Positions 13,551 through 26,737 of a DNA stretch of 64,000 nt are shown here, piece by piece (the first letter of the stretch is position 1; each line of letters begins with the position of its first letter). The notes below the pieces were generated by a model, which saw only the letters and a list, made by a program, of their open reading frames with translations, was not told the DNA's origin and searched no databases. Made by a program: the position numbers and the translations under genes. This stretch comes from Lama guanicoe. Lineage: Eukaryota. The stretch covers positions 3,483,757-3,547,756 of the forward strand of contig MU054187.1 in assembly GCA_013239625.1 (NCBI GenBank), in the 5' to 3' direction.

Positions 13551-13582
13551 GGGAGGCCGTGGGGGTGGAGCTGGGGGTGCTC

Positions 13583-13650
13583 AGACTGGGGACAGGCTGT
13601 GGGTGTCCATGGAAAGACTGGGGACAGGTTGTGGGTGTCCATGGAAAGAC
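13583..13650. repeat. 32-bp tandem repeat, about 2.1 copies
   Basis: AGACTGGGGACAGG(C/T)TGTGGGTGTCCATGGAA twice, one mismatch. Confidence 0.92.
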
Positions 13651-13762
13651 CTTGCTGAAGAGTCAGATCTAGGGAGTGAGAAATAAGAGTAATCTGGGAT
13701 AACTTTGTGGTTTCCAACCTCAGATGAGGGGAGGGGTGATGTGTGTGTTGTGGACAAGTCTT

Positions 13763-13892
13763 TTTTTTTTAATGTTTTTTTTGGGGGTGCAGGTAATTAG
13801 GTTTATTTATTTCTTTTTAGAGAAGGTACTGGGGATTGAACCCAGGACCCTGTGCATGCTAAGCTCTACCATTTGAGCTATACTGTCCCCCC
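13763..13892 (-). mobile_element. tRNA-derived SINE (Vic-1-like) with 12-bp TSD
   Basis: TGGACAAGTCTT at 13751-13762 and 13893-13904; B box GGTTCAATCCC on the minus strand. Confidence 0.88.
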
Positions 13893-15559
13893 TGGACAAG
13901 TCTTATTTCAGGGCATGTAAACCTGATGTTGAGACTGGGACGTTTCGTGGCGCATCCCACTGTCCACGCCCACCCCTTCCAGCCGTCTCCCCTCCCCCTC
14001 CCCGATCTAGTGTCTTCTGCTCAAGTAGAAGAGAGAAAAGCAGTTCAGAACACAGCGCAACTGGGACCAGCTATTTTGTAAATGGTCATTTAAACCCCAG
14101 CTAAGCAGCTGCTAAGAGAAATGGTGGGAAAACTCAATGTACTTCCTAGGACTTGGACTGAAGACCCTTTCCATTTCACTGTGCGATGGATTTCTGTGCT
14201 CCTCTTTTGCAATGTGTCTTGAAGGCTGCATTGAGAGGCATAGTGAAGCAAGATGGTTTTTGCAGTGAAGTGGTTACGTGGGCCACCAAGGACAGACAAG
14301 ATAAACAGGTGTAGAAGTGTCTTGGTCACAACATTTATAAAATCTAGCACTGCAATCAGACCTAACGCTCCAACTATAAGACCCAGCATGGCAACTGAAG
14401 CTGTCCTCAGGAGGCCAGCCCTCTGCTCCCCAGAAGCATTCTATGCATTAACATGAATTATGCTGCGATGACCCCACACCTTAGGGTCAGATGTTCCTTC
14501 CAGTTTGAGCAGAGAAGAAAAAACCAGAATGTCCCTATTTCCTGGTGTGAGAAGTGTTGGGTCCCTTTGGGGCTCAGGGAGGGACCACATGGGTGGGTCA
14601 CGTTGACCAGCTGCCCTGATGGGGTCCCTGTCGGACCATCTGCATGCTCTCCAGCCGCCAGCCCAAGCCCCACATCCAGGAACTTGGTGGGAATCCGGAC
14701 AACCGCGTCCCGCGGCGGTGGGGGTGGCCTTGTATCTTTTCCCCACAAGCCTGGCTCTCCCCTCCCAGCCGTGAGAAAGCACCATTTCCGGACGAGACCC
14801 CGCAGATTTACCCACTTGGTAAAGGAAGAGAGGTCAAGGAAGTAGCTGTATTTTCACCCCCTGGCCTCATTCGTTTTGATGGTAACAGGGGAGCCAGGTT
14901 TCAAACGCACACAGGGAAGATGAATGAGGAGGTGCGTTCGTGTCGGGGGTCCAGGTCCGGCTGGACTTGGAAGGGGCTCAGCCCTCTGCTCCTGCACCTG
15001 GGGTTTCCCCTGCTATGAATTAGGATAATTGAATGACATCCAGTTAGACGGAGAGTGCAGACGCGTTTGTTAATCAGTTGAAAAAGTTCCATTTATAACA
15101 GTGTATTATCCGCGGGTCGACAACTGAGGCTGTGCTTCGTCTTAAAGCCTAATCTGTTGTCTGCTCTTCCTTTTGAAAATGTGTCTTCTCATCTGAGTTT
15201 CCATCACACTGGGCTGCAGCTGCCTGAGCTCTCTGAGTTCTAGAAGGGTGCTGCCTGCTTTCCGCTGACTCTCCTTGTCCTCTGCCTGTTCTGAGGTTCT
15301 GGACACCCTCAAGCCTCTGATACCCAGGCTTACTGATCTTAACTGTAGTTTGCTTAAATGTGCTTTATTAAATTTAGATTCTTTGAAAGTGGATACTTTG
15401 GTGCAAGCAAAACCAGGCACAGAGATATCTGAGGTTCTGGGCGGAGACCCTGAAGGCTGGGATTCTGGTTTCTCACTTGGCCACGTGCACGGGGCTGGCC
15501 CTTGGGCGTCACTGTCTTGTCTGTAAAGTAAGGAAGTTGGACTAGTGAACTGGTAGGAA

Positions 15560-15705
15560 CTCAGCAGGGGTAAGAATCCGATGGCAGGTTGGCTGGAACC
15601 CAGATCGCTGGCCCCAGAGGGTCTGATTCAGTAGATCTAGGGCCGGGGGATCTGGGAACTGGCGTTTCTACCCGCTTCCCAGGAGAGGCTAAGGCTGCTG
15701 ATCTA
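15560..15705. mobile_element. MER5A-like hAT-Charlie MITE
   Basis: ccccagagggtctgattcagtagatctagggc...gtttctacccgcttcccaggagaggctaaggctgctg. Confidence 0.65.
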
Positions 15706-16669
15706 AATGACCTGTTAAGTCTGCTGCAGTTCAGCCTTTTTGATTCTGGGCTCTTCCGTCCAGCATCAGATGGGACTTGTACCATTAGTAGATGTTGTCA
15801 CCGCCGACCTCTGCTCTGAACGCTCACAGACAAATTCTGTCATCACTCCTTCCTGCAGCTGCAGCCTCTGCCAGTCTCCCCACCCAGGGTCCTGCTCCTC
15901 TGCTCCAACAGCTCACCTCACTCACTAAGAAACCGTCTGCCTGTCAGCATCCAGGGGCCGGTCATGCCCACGCACAGCGGATGCCGTTCTGGGTGGGCGG
16001 GGCACGGGGGTCCTCATTTTCACTACAGGGTCTGAAGCCAGGACTCTCAGGGTTTCTTGGCCAAGGGTGCTTCTCCAAGAGCAAGCTGTTAAACAGTCCT
16101 GTTTTCTCATTTAAAAACAGTGCTTCTCGGGCTAAATTTTTTATTTCTTCTGGACTTTGTCAGATTACTTTGGGTGATTTTGAGAGATTTATGCCTGATT
16201 TTCAAACATGATACCACTCTCGAAGGGTGTGTGCAAAGTGTAGATCCCAGAGCATGGGTTTACATCATGGGTTTACATCAGAGGGCAGCGGGTGTAGACG
16301 GTTACACTGGAACAGTTGTTCTGGGCGGGTGTCCTATCTGCAGTGCTGCCTGAGCACCAGATGTGAAGGAAGATATAAATCCCTCATCATGTACTGAGGG
16401 TCACACTGCCCCACCTCTGAGCAGAGAGCGGGGACTGACCTCTGGCTCTAAGCCAGGGACCTGGGGATAGCAACACTGCTTTAGATTGTGCAGAATAATT
16501 CAGTGCTGCCTTAGGTGGGATGTGTGTGTACATGAGACATCAGACAGGAAAATAAAAAATGAGGTTTCTGTTAATTTGAGGTGATGATTGAGGTCAGGGA
16601 GGGTTATTCTTTTGAAATTGCTCTTTAAATGTTTTTCTTAAAATCTAGATTGTCATTTTTTAAAAAATT

Positions 16670-17390
16670 CTTATTTTTTATTAAAGTGTAGTAGATTTAC
16701 AATGTTAGTTTCATGTGTATAACAAAGTGATTCGGTTATACACATACATACGTATATATATTTTCTCAGATTCTTTTCCATTACAGCTCATTACAAGAAA
16801 TTGGATATAGTTCCCTGTGCTGTGTCCAGCAGGCCCTTGTTGTTTAACTATTTTATATATAGTAGTTTGTATCTATTAATCCCAAACTTCTAACCTGTCC
16901 CTCCCCACCCCCTTTCCTCCCTGGTAGCCACAGTTTGTTTTCTATGTCCGTGAGTCTATTTCTGATTTGTAAATAAAATTTGTATTTTTTTTTAGATTCC
17001 ACATATAAGTGACATCATATGATATTTATCTTTCTCTGTTTGACTTACTTCACTTAAAATGATGATCTCCAAGTCTACCCATGTTGCTGCACATGGCATT
17101 ATTTCATTCTTTTCCATGGCTGAGCAGTGCGTGTGTGTATGTATGCACACACCACGACTTCCTTACCCATTCACCTGTCGGTGGGCATGTGGGTTGCTTC
17201 CATGTTATTGTAAATATATAGTACTGTCGTGAGCACTGGGGTGCATGTATCTTTTTGAGTTACAATTTTCTCTGGACATATGCCCAGGAGTGGGACTGCT
17301 GGATCATATGGTAGGTCTATTTTTAGTGTTTTAAGGAATCTCCATACTGTTTTCCATAATGACTGCAGCAATTTACATTCCCATCAACAG
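16670..17390 (-). mobile_element. L1 3' portion (ORF2 C-terminus plus 3' UTR)
   Basis: Minus-strand ORF 17171-17371 reads [27 protein letters not shown], the L1 ORF2 C-terminal motif. Confidence 0.88.
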
Positions 17391-17865
17391 GTAAACATTT
17401 TTACATGCTGAATACACCAATAATACTTTGTCAAGCTCATGAAGTTGAGGGAGTGAGGGAGGGGACACTGACGAGCTGGTGACATGAACTGAGGGAGGAG
17501 GGAAAGAAAAGAGTTCCCCAAATACGTGAAATTAACTTCCATTAACCCGAAGGCTGAGCCACTCGGCTCCTCGAGGGGAGGCCCACGCCATATATTTATT
17601 TACACCTCCAGTGTCCCTCTTACAGTATATTCAACACGTGAAAATGAGCCCAGATGCACAGAATTTGAGCTGGAAGAGATGGATATTTATTTTACCCCAC
17701 CTGTTACACAAGTGAGGAGAAGACGGGAGGTCCAGAAAAGGTTAAGGAGTATGTTTGGGATACTCAGTGGCCGAGGCTATAATAAATTCCCCCGTTTCCT
17801 GATTTGAAGTTTCACGTTTGTCAGATATGACTACAGAAATAAGACAAATTTAAACTAAATAACCC

Positions 17866-17987
17866 GGGGTAGGGTAGAGCTCAGTGGTAGAGCGCCTGCT
17901 TAGCATGCATGAGGTCCTGGGTTCAATGCCCAGTACCTCCATTAAAAAGAAGTTTTAAACACATATATATATTTATATCTCTACATA
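17866..17987 (+). mobile_element. tRNA-derived SINE (Vic-1-like) with 13-bp TSD
   Basis: AGCTCAGTGGTAGAGC...GGTTCAATGCCC; TAAACTAAATAAC at 17851-17863 and 17988-18000. Confidence 0.88.
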
Positions 17988-19329
17988 TAAACTAAATAAC
18001 TTACTGTATTAGTAGAAGTTCTTTGGGTTTCCATGGAAACCTCCTCAGGCTAGCGTAAGCAAAAAATGGGGGATTGTTGGAAGGAAGCTGAGGTATTGCA
18101 CATAATTACCCGGTTGAAGGCAGGGCTGAGCAAGCAGGACTGCAGAGGGGAGAGCCGGGGTGCTCTGGGGACAGTGGTGGCCCCGTGTCTCCTGCAGGCA
18201 TTGCCGTGCCAGCCCAATCCCCTGTCCACTCCATCCCTGATCCGCAAGGCTGTCCCCTCCATGGGGCCGTTCCCCAGGCACATCCCCACTCAGGCCTTGC
18301 TGCCCCCCAGCCCGCCCCCACCCCGTTACCCTGTTTGTCTTTACTGCACCCATCAACCACCTGGAGTTCTTATCGCTACTTGTTCACCTGTAGAGAGTTT
18401 TAACTGCGGGCACCAGGCTTCACCCCAGGGGCCCCTGCACAGCTGGTCTGGGGTAGAGCCGGGCCCACGTAGTTCCCCTCAGAAGCTCCACGTTGTTTCC
18501 ATGTGCAGCTGAGGCTGAGAATTGGGGCCTTATCTGTGGCTAGAACACATACAGGATGTGCTGCTCTAACTGGAGCAGCTGAATTAAGGTGTGGAAAGGT
18601 TTATTCAGGGACCACCAGGCAGTGGTGGGTAACTGGAGTGATGCTGACGCGAGCCCCCCAGGGTGGGTGCTTGCATGGTGCCCTGGGTGGATGAGCTCAG
18701 GACGCCCCTGCAGTGGTCCTGTGGGGAGGGGGCAGTGGCCTCATTTTCCAGGTGAGCCACCTGAGGATGAAGGGATTAAGTGTTACTTCCCAAGGTCAAC
18801 CAGTAGCTTGGGATTCCAGCTCAGCCCGTGCCTACCGTCATCTGGTTCTGAGGGACCCCCCCCCCGTTCCCTTGTGGGGCCGCGCGGGGGCGGGGGGGCA
18901 GGAGCCCATCTGGAGGTGAAGGCCAGGGGAGGTGATGGCATGGGGAGGGCATACATCCCTGACAGGGAGGGCCTGGCGTGTCTGCATGTGTTACAAAGGG
19001 AGAGCACGTTTTTAGCAAAAATAGTAAGTGAGAAAAGAGGATGTCAGTGGCTGTGAGCAAAGCAGAACTTGCTGGGCGTTACGGGCTAAAGACGGAACTG
19101 AGAAGAGGGCCAGGGTGTGAGCTTCTGAACCCAAAAGCAGTTCAGCGAGAAGTGGAGAAAGAAATAGAGGCCGGGAGGAAAGACACTTTGATCTTTGTGT
19201 TTTCAGGGAATGGAGATGGAACGCAGTTTTCGCACTTGCAGCGGTTTTGGTGAGAAGAGGAGACAGAGATATGAATGACCGGCGAACATAGAACTTTTCA
19301 TAAAAATAGCAGAGTGGGACAGGCTTCCC

Positions 19330-20170
19330 CGAGGAGACGAGGACGGCTCCTGTGTCGGGCTGACTGGGAAACGAGGCGCCTTCCCCCCGGAGGGACGGGC
19401 CACAGGACTGCGGGCGCTTGAGGGACGAGTCCGTCATCCTGCTGGGGTTGGACCATTAGGTGAACTGAGCTTCCTGGTTTCAGAAAGAGAAAACACACCC
19501 AAAAGAGAAAACCCCCGGGCCCGTGGGAACGAGGAACTTCCTCCTCCGGGGCTGCTTGGAAGGCCGACGGTGTCCACCCGGAGTCCCTCTCGGGCCGGCG
19601 CGGGCTGGCGGAGGCGCGTCCCCGACGCGCAGGGGGCGCGGGAGGCACCGGCCGGTTCGCGTCGCTCCCGCCGCGGCGTGGAGGCAGCTTCGCCTCGCGT
19701 GCGAACCCGGGCGGCGGACCCGTCCTGTGCGCTCCCCCTCTCCTCCTCCTTCTCCTTTGTCCTTCACTCTGACGAGCCTTGAGGCCCGAGATAGAGTTCT
19801 TCACGCCTTTTCTCTCTTGGGGACCAAATCAGGGAAAAAACCCAAAGCCAGCTGAGCAAGAGGTGGCTGCAAATCCAGAACTCATTTTCCCGCCAGATGT
19901 GTGGGTGGGGGCTGGAAATACAGTGACAGGACAGGGCGGATCAGCGGGAGNNNNNNNNNNNNNNNNNNNNNNNNNNNNNNNNNNNNNNNNNNNNNNNNNN
20001 NNNNNNNNNNNNNNNNNNNNNNNNNNNNNNNNNNNNNNNNNGGAGCCTGGCGCGTGCGTCCCGGGGAGGCGGGCGGGGGCGAGGGCGGCGCCGGGGCCGG
20101 GCGCCCGAGGGGCCTGCGCGGCTGTGCGGGCTCCACGCTCTCAGCGGCTCCGCAGCGACTCTTACTGAAC
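19330..20170. promoter_or_regulatory. CpG island-like segment interrupted by the gap
   Basis: High GC and CpG density on both sides of the N run; GGGCGG boxes. Confidence 0.6.
19951..20041. other. Assembly gap (91 N)
   Basis: Run of n inside a GC-rich segment. Confidence 1.
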
Positions 20171-20994
20171 AGTTTCGTTTGTGCAGAGGTCACAGGAGCC
20201 TCTCCTCACTTGTGCACGATAATGTCACTGTGATCTGGAGCTCCCTATTTTGGGAGGCCAGGGAGGGAAAATGGGGAGCAATGTATTGTTCACTTTTTCG
20301 GGGGTGGAGCCTTTAACATACGCTCCCTCACTTAACCCTCCCCATAACCCTTGAAGGAGGAGTTCTATCGACATTTTACCGATGTGTAGAAAAATTTAAG
20401 CCAGTAACTTGCTGATGTCTGTATGGCTATTAATACACACAGGAACCAGGCTGGACCCAAATTTCCTCATCCTGAAGCCCTTGGCTGCTTCATTTCGGGG
20501 AAATTATTTGTAAGTAGAGATTTCAGCCCCAATTCTTTGATCACAGACTCTCGGGGAAGGGGCGCCTCGTGCTAGTTGTCACGGTCTAGACAGACCTGAG
20601 ATGAAAACAATTGGGGAACTCACATTTATTGATTGTCTATTATAAACCAGATAGACTGTGGTTAATAAATGCAGTGGGATATGTGTACACAATTGTTTCT
20701 GACCGCAGACTGCGGTTCATGGGGTTTCCAAGTTCCACTTTAATTCAGTGATGGCATGTTGCGGTGACTTGGTCACCAGGCAGTGGGCGTGTGTGTCTCG
20801 GTGGTGGAAGCGGTGGCCATACAAAGAGGCAGAACAGACAGTATCTGCCCTCAAGGAGTTTACAGTCTAGTCGAGGAGCGAGCCACCCACATTCCCAAGA
20901 GGCGGTGCAGAGTTACAGAATGACATAAAACAGGACTATCAGAGAGGTCCTGGGGATTGTGGTTAAGTCCTACATCGATTACGGGAGAGAATTT

Positions 20995-21425
20995 AAAAAA
21001 AAAATAGAAAAGATCAGTAAAACTAAAAGCTGGTTCTTGGAAAAGATAAACAAAGTTGATAAACCTTTAGCAGACACAACAAGAAAAAAAGGGAGAGGGC
21101 CCAAATTAATAAAATTAGAAATGAAAAAGGAGAAGTGACAAATGACATCACAGAAATACAAGGATTGTGAGAGACCACTATGAGCAACTGTACGCCAACA
21201 AAAAGGACAACCTAGAAGAGGTGGACAATTTCTTAGAAAGGTACAATTTGCCAAGACGGAACCAGGAAGAAGTAGACAATATGAACAGGCCAATTACCAA
21301 ACTGAAATTGAATCAGTAATTTTAAAACTCCCAACAAACAAAAGCCCAGGACCAGATGGCTTCACAGGTGAATTCCACCAGACATTTAGAGAAGAGTTAA
21401 CACCTATCCTTCTGAAACTGTTCCG
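20995..21425 (+). mobile_element. L1 ORF2 internal fragment
   Basis: aaaagctggttcttggaaaagataaacaaagttgataaaccttta...aaaagcccaggaccagatggcttcacaggtgaattc ([12 protein letters not shown]). Confidence 0.88.
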
Positions 21426-24344
21426 AATTGATGATGGAGAGAAGTCAGCCTGATTCACACCGAATCTCGCTTTGGAGGGTTGGTGGGATTTGCCCAAATG
21501 GGGAAGGCAGGTTGGTGTCACCATGGCAACACACACAGATGTCTGTCCTGGATGCTTGCTGTGGTGAGATGATGATGTGATGAGAAAGACTGATGCCAGA
21601 GGGTCAGAGGCGACCACAATCCCCCAGAATAGTTATACCCAAAGCGGATCTTTCAGTAATTACTATCCTGGAGGGTTCAGTAGAGAAGGAAGACCAACAG
21701 GAGAAAACCATCAGAATACACTGTTCGCGTGGTCCAGCTCCCCTCCACCCCACCTCCCACCTAGAAACCCAGCACGGCTCTGCTGTGAACACGGCAGGGC
21801 TTGACAGAGAGCTGCCCAAAGAATGGAATGTGACATGCAGGTCACCAAGAGGACAGAGCTTTTGAGCCTGGGTGACTAGGGTGGGGAGGGGGAAAAAAAT
21901 GAGAAATTTTTACCCGGAGAAACGGCAATTCAACAGAATATCCGTCACACTGTTTAAGTGATCTACCATTTTCCTAAACGGATTGGGGACCTCCTCCAGG
22001 GCATCAGTCCTTCCTGAGAATCGAGGTTTCCCCTGACAGCAGTGCCAGCCGCGTGGGAGGCGGACCCGTGGGTCCCAGGCCGCAGCCCCGCACCCCCTCC
22101 CGCCTGCCCCCACCTCCTGCGCGCCCCTCGGGGGCCCCGCCCTCCGCTCCAGCTGACAGCACCCACCTGCTCTGCTCTCCCCGCTGTCCGCTGCTGCTTG
22201 CTCTTCAAAGCTACCAGCTCACCGGTTCCCAAACATTCTTGCTTCACAGCCCCCTTACTGTCTTGGTCATTTTTTCACGGCAATCCTACAGCAGAAGCAG
22301 CACCGTTGACCCGGGAGTTAGGTCCAAACAACTTTTAGGCATTTGTTGCAACAACTGAGCACCATGTGAAATAATAATACTTGGAAAGCAAAAAATAACA
22401 CTTTTCTGTTGTTCTCAGAGGAACACAAGTATGCGCTAACGGGAGTCTACACCTGTGCCACGTGGCTTCTCAGCTCTTGGGATCGGATTTGGACACCACC
22501 CTCCTCACTTTCTGTTCCATGTTGATCTTCATGTGATAGTTGCTCTTTAATCAAAGCAGCCACGGAAGGCCTGATTTCCCCTGTGAGGTTGGTGAAAGGA
22601 ATCCAGCACCAGCTGATGTAGATATGAGGCTACCTCAAGCCAGTAGTTCTCACAGTGTCATACAAATGTCATTGTGCTTCCCGTGAAAATATGAGGTCTC
22701 CCCAGGTCCCCCTGTGAGTTCGCTGTGGCGCCCTGGGGTGCCTTGGCACAGTTTGGGGACCATGGTGCATGATGGGTCTCTGCCATCTCTTGTTCTCCTC
22801 CTGCAGCTTAAGACACCTCTTAGCCACTCGTGTCTTAAGTGGCTTGGGACCCAGCCATGGCCTCCAGTCTCCTCTTCACTTTTAAACGCCTGGAATCAGT
22901 TTAAAGGGACAGCCTCCATCCACATCCAGTGTCTTCCATCCCACTGGAGAAGCCACAACTTTGTCTTCAAGCTTGGTCCAAAGAATGGTTTCCAATTCCC
23001 ACTCTTCTTTTGTGTTGGAAGTCTTGGCCCTGTGATGTCTGGTCTTCGAGGGCGGACTTATTACCTGGCTTTTGACCGACATGCTTCACCGCAAGCTGGT
23101 GGGGGGCCGGGCCTGGGGAAGGAGCACTTTCTCTGCCTTTGTGTCCTTGAATACAGTCAACTCCAGCGCACCCCGTGGGGAGGAGTGCAATGCTTATCCC
23201 ACTGCACTGGAGGGAACTGAGGCTGCCTCTGACGTCAGGGCAGCCGGACAGGAACAGCACCTCCAGGCTGCTTGTCTCCCAGTTCACGGGGCCTCGATGC
23301 GGCTGAGCCGCGTGGGGGTGACCAGTGTCCATAAGTGGTTCCCTGTGTTTGATTTTTAATTTAACGACTGTATTTTTTATAAAAGTAAAACAAGGTAGCT
23401 TGTTGTGGGTATTTTGGCAGTGGAGAGGGAGGAAAATTAAAACCAGAGAAGGATGAAAGTGTCTTTATTTTCATTTTGATGCAATTTGATTTGAATAATC
23501 CTTTCCAAACTTTTTTCTACATCTATCATCGTAAGGTAGATAAAATTTGTGTCTTACTTTGCTCGAAAATTACATTATAAACATTTTTTATTTAGTCAGA
23601 GTTCTTTCAGCCATCTTGAAAATTAATTCTCCCTTTCCAGGTAACACTTGCACATAATTTCAAAACCAAAACAACTGAGAAGCTTTAACATAAGACATCA
23701 GACTCCTACCCTCCTTCCTCACATGCCCCGTCCAGTTTCGCTCATGAGATCCAGCCTCTTTCTTATCATCAATTTCGACGCTCCACAGTCGTCCCTTGAA
23801 GGGTACCAGATAGTCCTCCTTTTACTTAATTGACTTACCGAACTATTGGTCGACAGTGGTGATTTTGTAGGATTACTAATTTCTGATAAAATGCTGTTCG
23901 CTATGCAACTATCTGTGTGAACTCAGGGCTGCCTTATCAGATGGTCTTTGCCTTGCCATTTCCGCGTCTAACTCAGTCGTATCTTTCATTTATTGTAAAT
24001 GACTGCAGGCATGTTGGTAGGAATACAGCTTTATTATTAAACATTCACGGAGCTTCCACCTCTTACCAGTTATCTTCCCCAGCTAAAATCAGCCAAAGAA
24101 GATTTCATGAAATTCTGTTGTATCTTACATCTCGATGATTAAGGCAGAGCAGGTAACAGTCTACCCTTGATAATTGTAAAGAACATTGGGTGTTAAGAAG
24201 GAGCATGTTACGGGGACATAAGCAACTTTTCTCAGCAGGAACCTTTTAAGGCAACGGTCTTCCCCAAACTGAGGATCCGTTTTCTGAAATACTGACTCAA
24301 AAGTATGTGACTCGAGGCCTGTTCTGACACAATATACTTAAAAA

Positions 24345-25800
24345 AAAAAAGATTTTATTTTTTAGAGCAGTTTTAGGCTTACAGAAAAACTGAGGGGAAA
24401 GTACAGAGGGTTTCCCATGCAGCGCTCACCACCCCTTTGGTTTCCCCTAATTATTAGCATCTTACATATTGTGGTACATTTCTGACAATTGGTGACAATT
24501 GTATTAATACATTATTATTAACGAAAGTCCACAGTTTCCATCGGGGGTCACTCTTGGTGCTGCACATTCTGTGGGTTTTGACAAATGTCTGATGACCTGT
24601 ATCCACCATGACGGTGTCATCCAGAGTAGTTCCCGGCCCTGAAAGTCCGCTGTGCTCCACCACTGACCTTTTAACTGTTTCCCTAGTTTTGCTTTTCCCA
24701 GAATGTCATTTAGTTGGAGTCATACAATATGTAGCTTTTCCATACTGGCTTCTTTCATTTAGCATCGTGCATTTAAGTTTCTCCTTCTTTCTCTGGCGTG
24801 ATAGCTTGTTTCTTTTTATTGGTAAACAGGATGGACCGCAGTTTGTTTCTCCAGTCACCTCCTGTAGGATGTCTTGGTTGCTTCCAAGTTGCGGCAGTTA
24901 TGAATAGAGCTGCGATCCACATCCATGAGCAGGTTTTGGTGTGAGCTTAAGTTTTCAGTTCATTTGGGTAAATACCAGGTAGTAGAAAGACTGACTCCTA
25001 TGTTAAGAGTGGATTTAGTTTTGTGAGAAATCACCAAGCTGTCTCGCGAAGTGGCCGTGCCGTTTTTCGTTCGTTCAGTCCCCAGCTGTGAATGAAAGTG
25101 CCTCATGTCCTACGTTGGCAGCGTTTGGCGACATCAGTGTGCTGGATTTCTGTCACTCTGAGTGGTGTTTTCACCTGCAGTTCCCTCGCGACCTGTGACG
25201 TGGAGCCTCTTCCACGGGCTCCCCTGCTGTCTCTTCTCTTCTCTGGTGACGAGTCTGTTCAGATCTCATGCTCAGTTTTTGATTGGGTTGTTTGTCTTTG
25301 AATTATTGATCTTTAAGAGTTCTTTGTGTATCTGGGATGCCAGTCCTTTATGTTTCGAAAAGATTTTCTCCCAGACTGTGGCTTCTGTTTTCTTTTTTTT
25401 AACAGTGACTTTCGCAGAGCAGAAGTTTTTAATTTTAGTGAAATCCAGTTGGTCAGTTTTTTCCTTCACGGATCATGCTTTGGGTTTTGTATCTAAAAAT
25501 CGTCGCCCAAAGCCAAGGTCATCTGAAGTTTCTCCTGTATTATCTTCTGGGTTTTTTTTTTATATTTTTGCATTTGCCCATTTTGAGTTAATTTTTTAAA
25601 AATTGAAGTATCATTGATGACACAATTTTTGTAAAAGATGGAAGATCTGGGTCTAGATTACTTTTTTTTTTTTTGCATTTTGATGTCCAGTTGTTCCAGT
25701 ACCTCTTGTTGACACGGCTGCCATTTCCCCACTGAATTGCTTTTGCTCCTTTGTGAAGGATCAGCTGACTGCTTCTGGGCACTCTTGTTTTGTTCACTGT
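24345..25800 (-). mobile_element. Old L1 (L1MB/L1MC-type), 3' end and ORF2 remnants
   Basis: Minus-strand translations LDFTKIKNFCSAK...WEKIF and HKGAKAIQWG...YWNNWTS. Confidence 0.8.
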
Positions 25801-26011
25801 ACTTTTAAATGTGTTTTTTGTTACCTTTGATGCAAATAAAATCTATTAGTAACTATCTTGGTTTGACTTCTTTGAGCCTCCTCATAAGAGGGGGCAGGTC
25901 GACTAGATCACTCTTACTGTTTCTTCTAGCTTTATCTCATGAGACTAGCTTATTATGTATTTAAGTATAGAATCAGGGCGATAGCTTTCTCGTAAAAAGT
26001 TTCTGGGTCTC

Positions 26012-26314
26012 CAGAATAGAATCGCATAGAAAAGAAACTATGGTTACCAAACGGGAAAAAGGTGGGAGGGGAGGGATAAATTAGGAGTTTGGGATTAACA
26101 GATATACACCACTATATATAAAATAGATAAACAAGGTCCTACTGCAGAGCACAGGGAACTAGATTCAATCATTTGTAATAACCTATAATGGAAAAGAATC
26201 TGAAAAAGAATGTATACATGTGTGTATGCATAACTGAATCACTCTGCTGTACACCAGAAACTAACACAGTATTACACATCAGCCATACTTCAGTTTAAAA
26301 AAAAAATTAAAAGG
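26012..26314 (+). mobile_element. L1 3' end with 17-bp TSD
   Basis: AAAAGTTTCTGGGTCTC at 25995-26011 and AAAAGTTTCTGAGTCTC at 26315-26331; poly-A tail. Confidence 0.88.
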
Positions 26315-26539
26315 AAAAGTTTCTGAGTCTCGTCCAGCAAACACCAGGTCTGTGTGTGTCTTTGGGAGCCTGTGTCTGTGTGTACAACCCGAGCGCAGGC
26401 ATTGGCGGGACAAGGTTTCTGGCTGTGCCCTTCACATTTTATAATGGAATAGTAAACCCCCCCCTCCCTGATGAGTAACAAAGCATGTAACAGAAAATAT
26501 CGATACTTAAGATCATTTCCTACCATGCAGCTTTCATCA

Positions 26540-26737
26540 GGAGACACTTGGCAACGTCTGGAGACATTCTGGTCGTCGCACCTGGCGATGGGGAAAGGGG
26601 CGGGGGATGTTCCTAGCATCTTGTAGGTAGAAGGCAAGGATTATGCCAGCTGCCCACAGTGCACTGGACAGACCCCATGACAAATAATGTTTCATGGCTC
26701 AAAATGTCAAGAGTGCTGAGGCCGAGAAAGCCCGCTG
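26540..26737. mobile_element. MER20 hAT-Charlie MITE
   Basis: gacacttggcaacgtctggagacatt...caaaatgtcaagagtgctgaggccgagaaa. Confidence 0.8.

Noticed and set aside
13583..13650. 32-bp direct repeats of CRISPR-like length
   Set aside because: Only two adjacent copies with no spacers, in a mammalian intron.
17866..17945. tRNA-Ala-like sequence (and similar copies)
   Set aside because: These have TSDs, A/T-rich tails and no proper acceptor stem, so they are SINEs, not tRNA genes.
20995..21425. Reverse-transcriptase-related coding fragments (also 45985-46210)
   Set aside because: Short, frameshifted L1 ORF2 debris, not an intact or domesticated gene.
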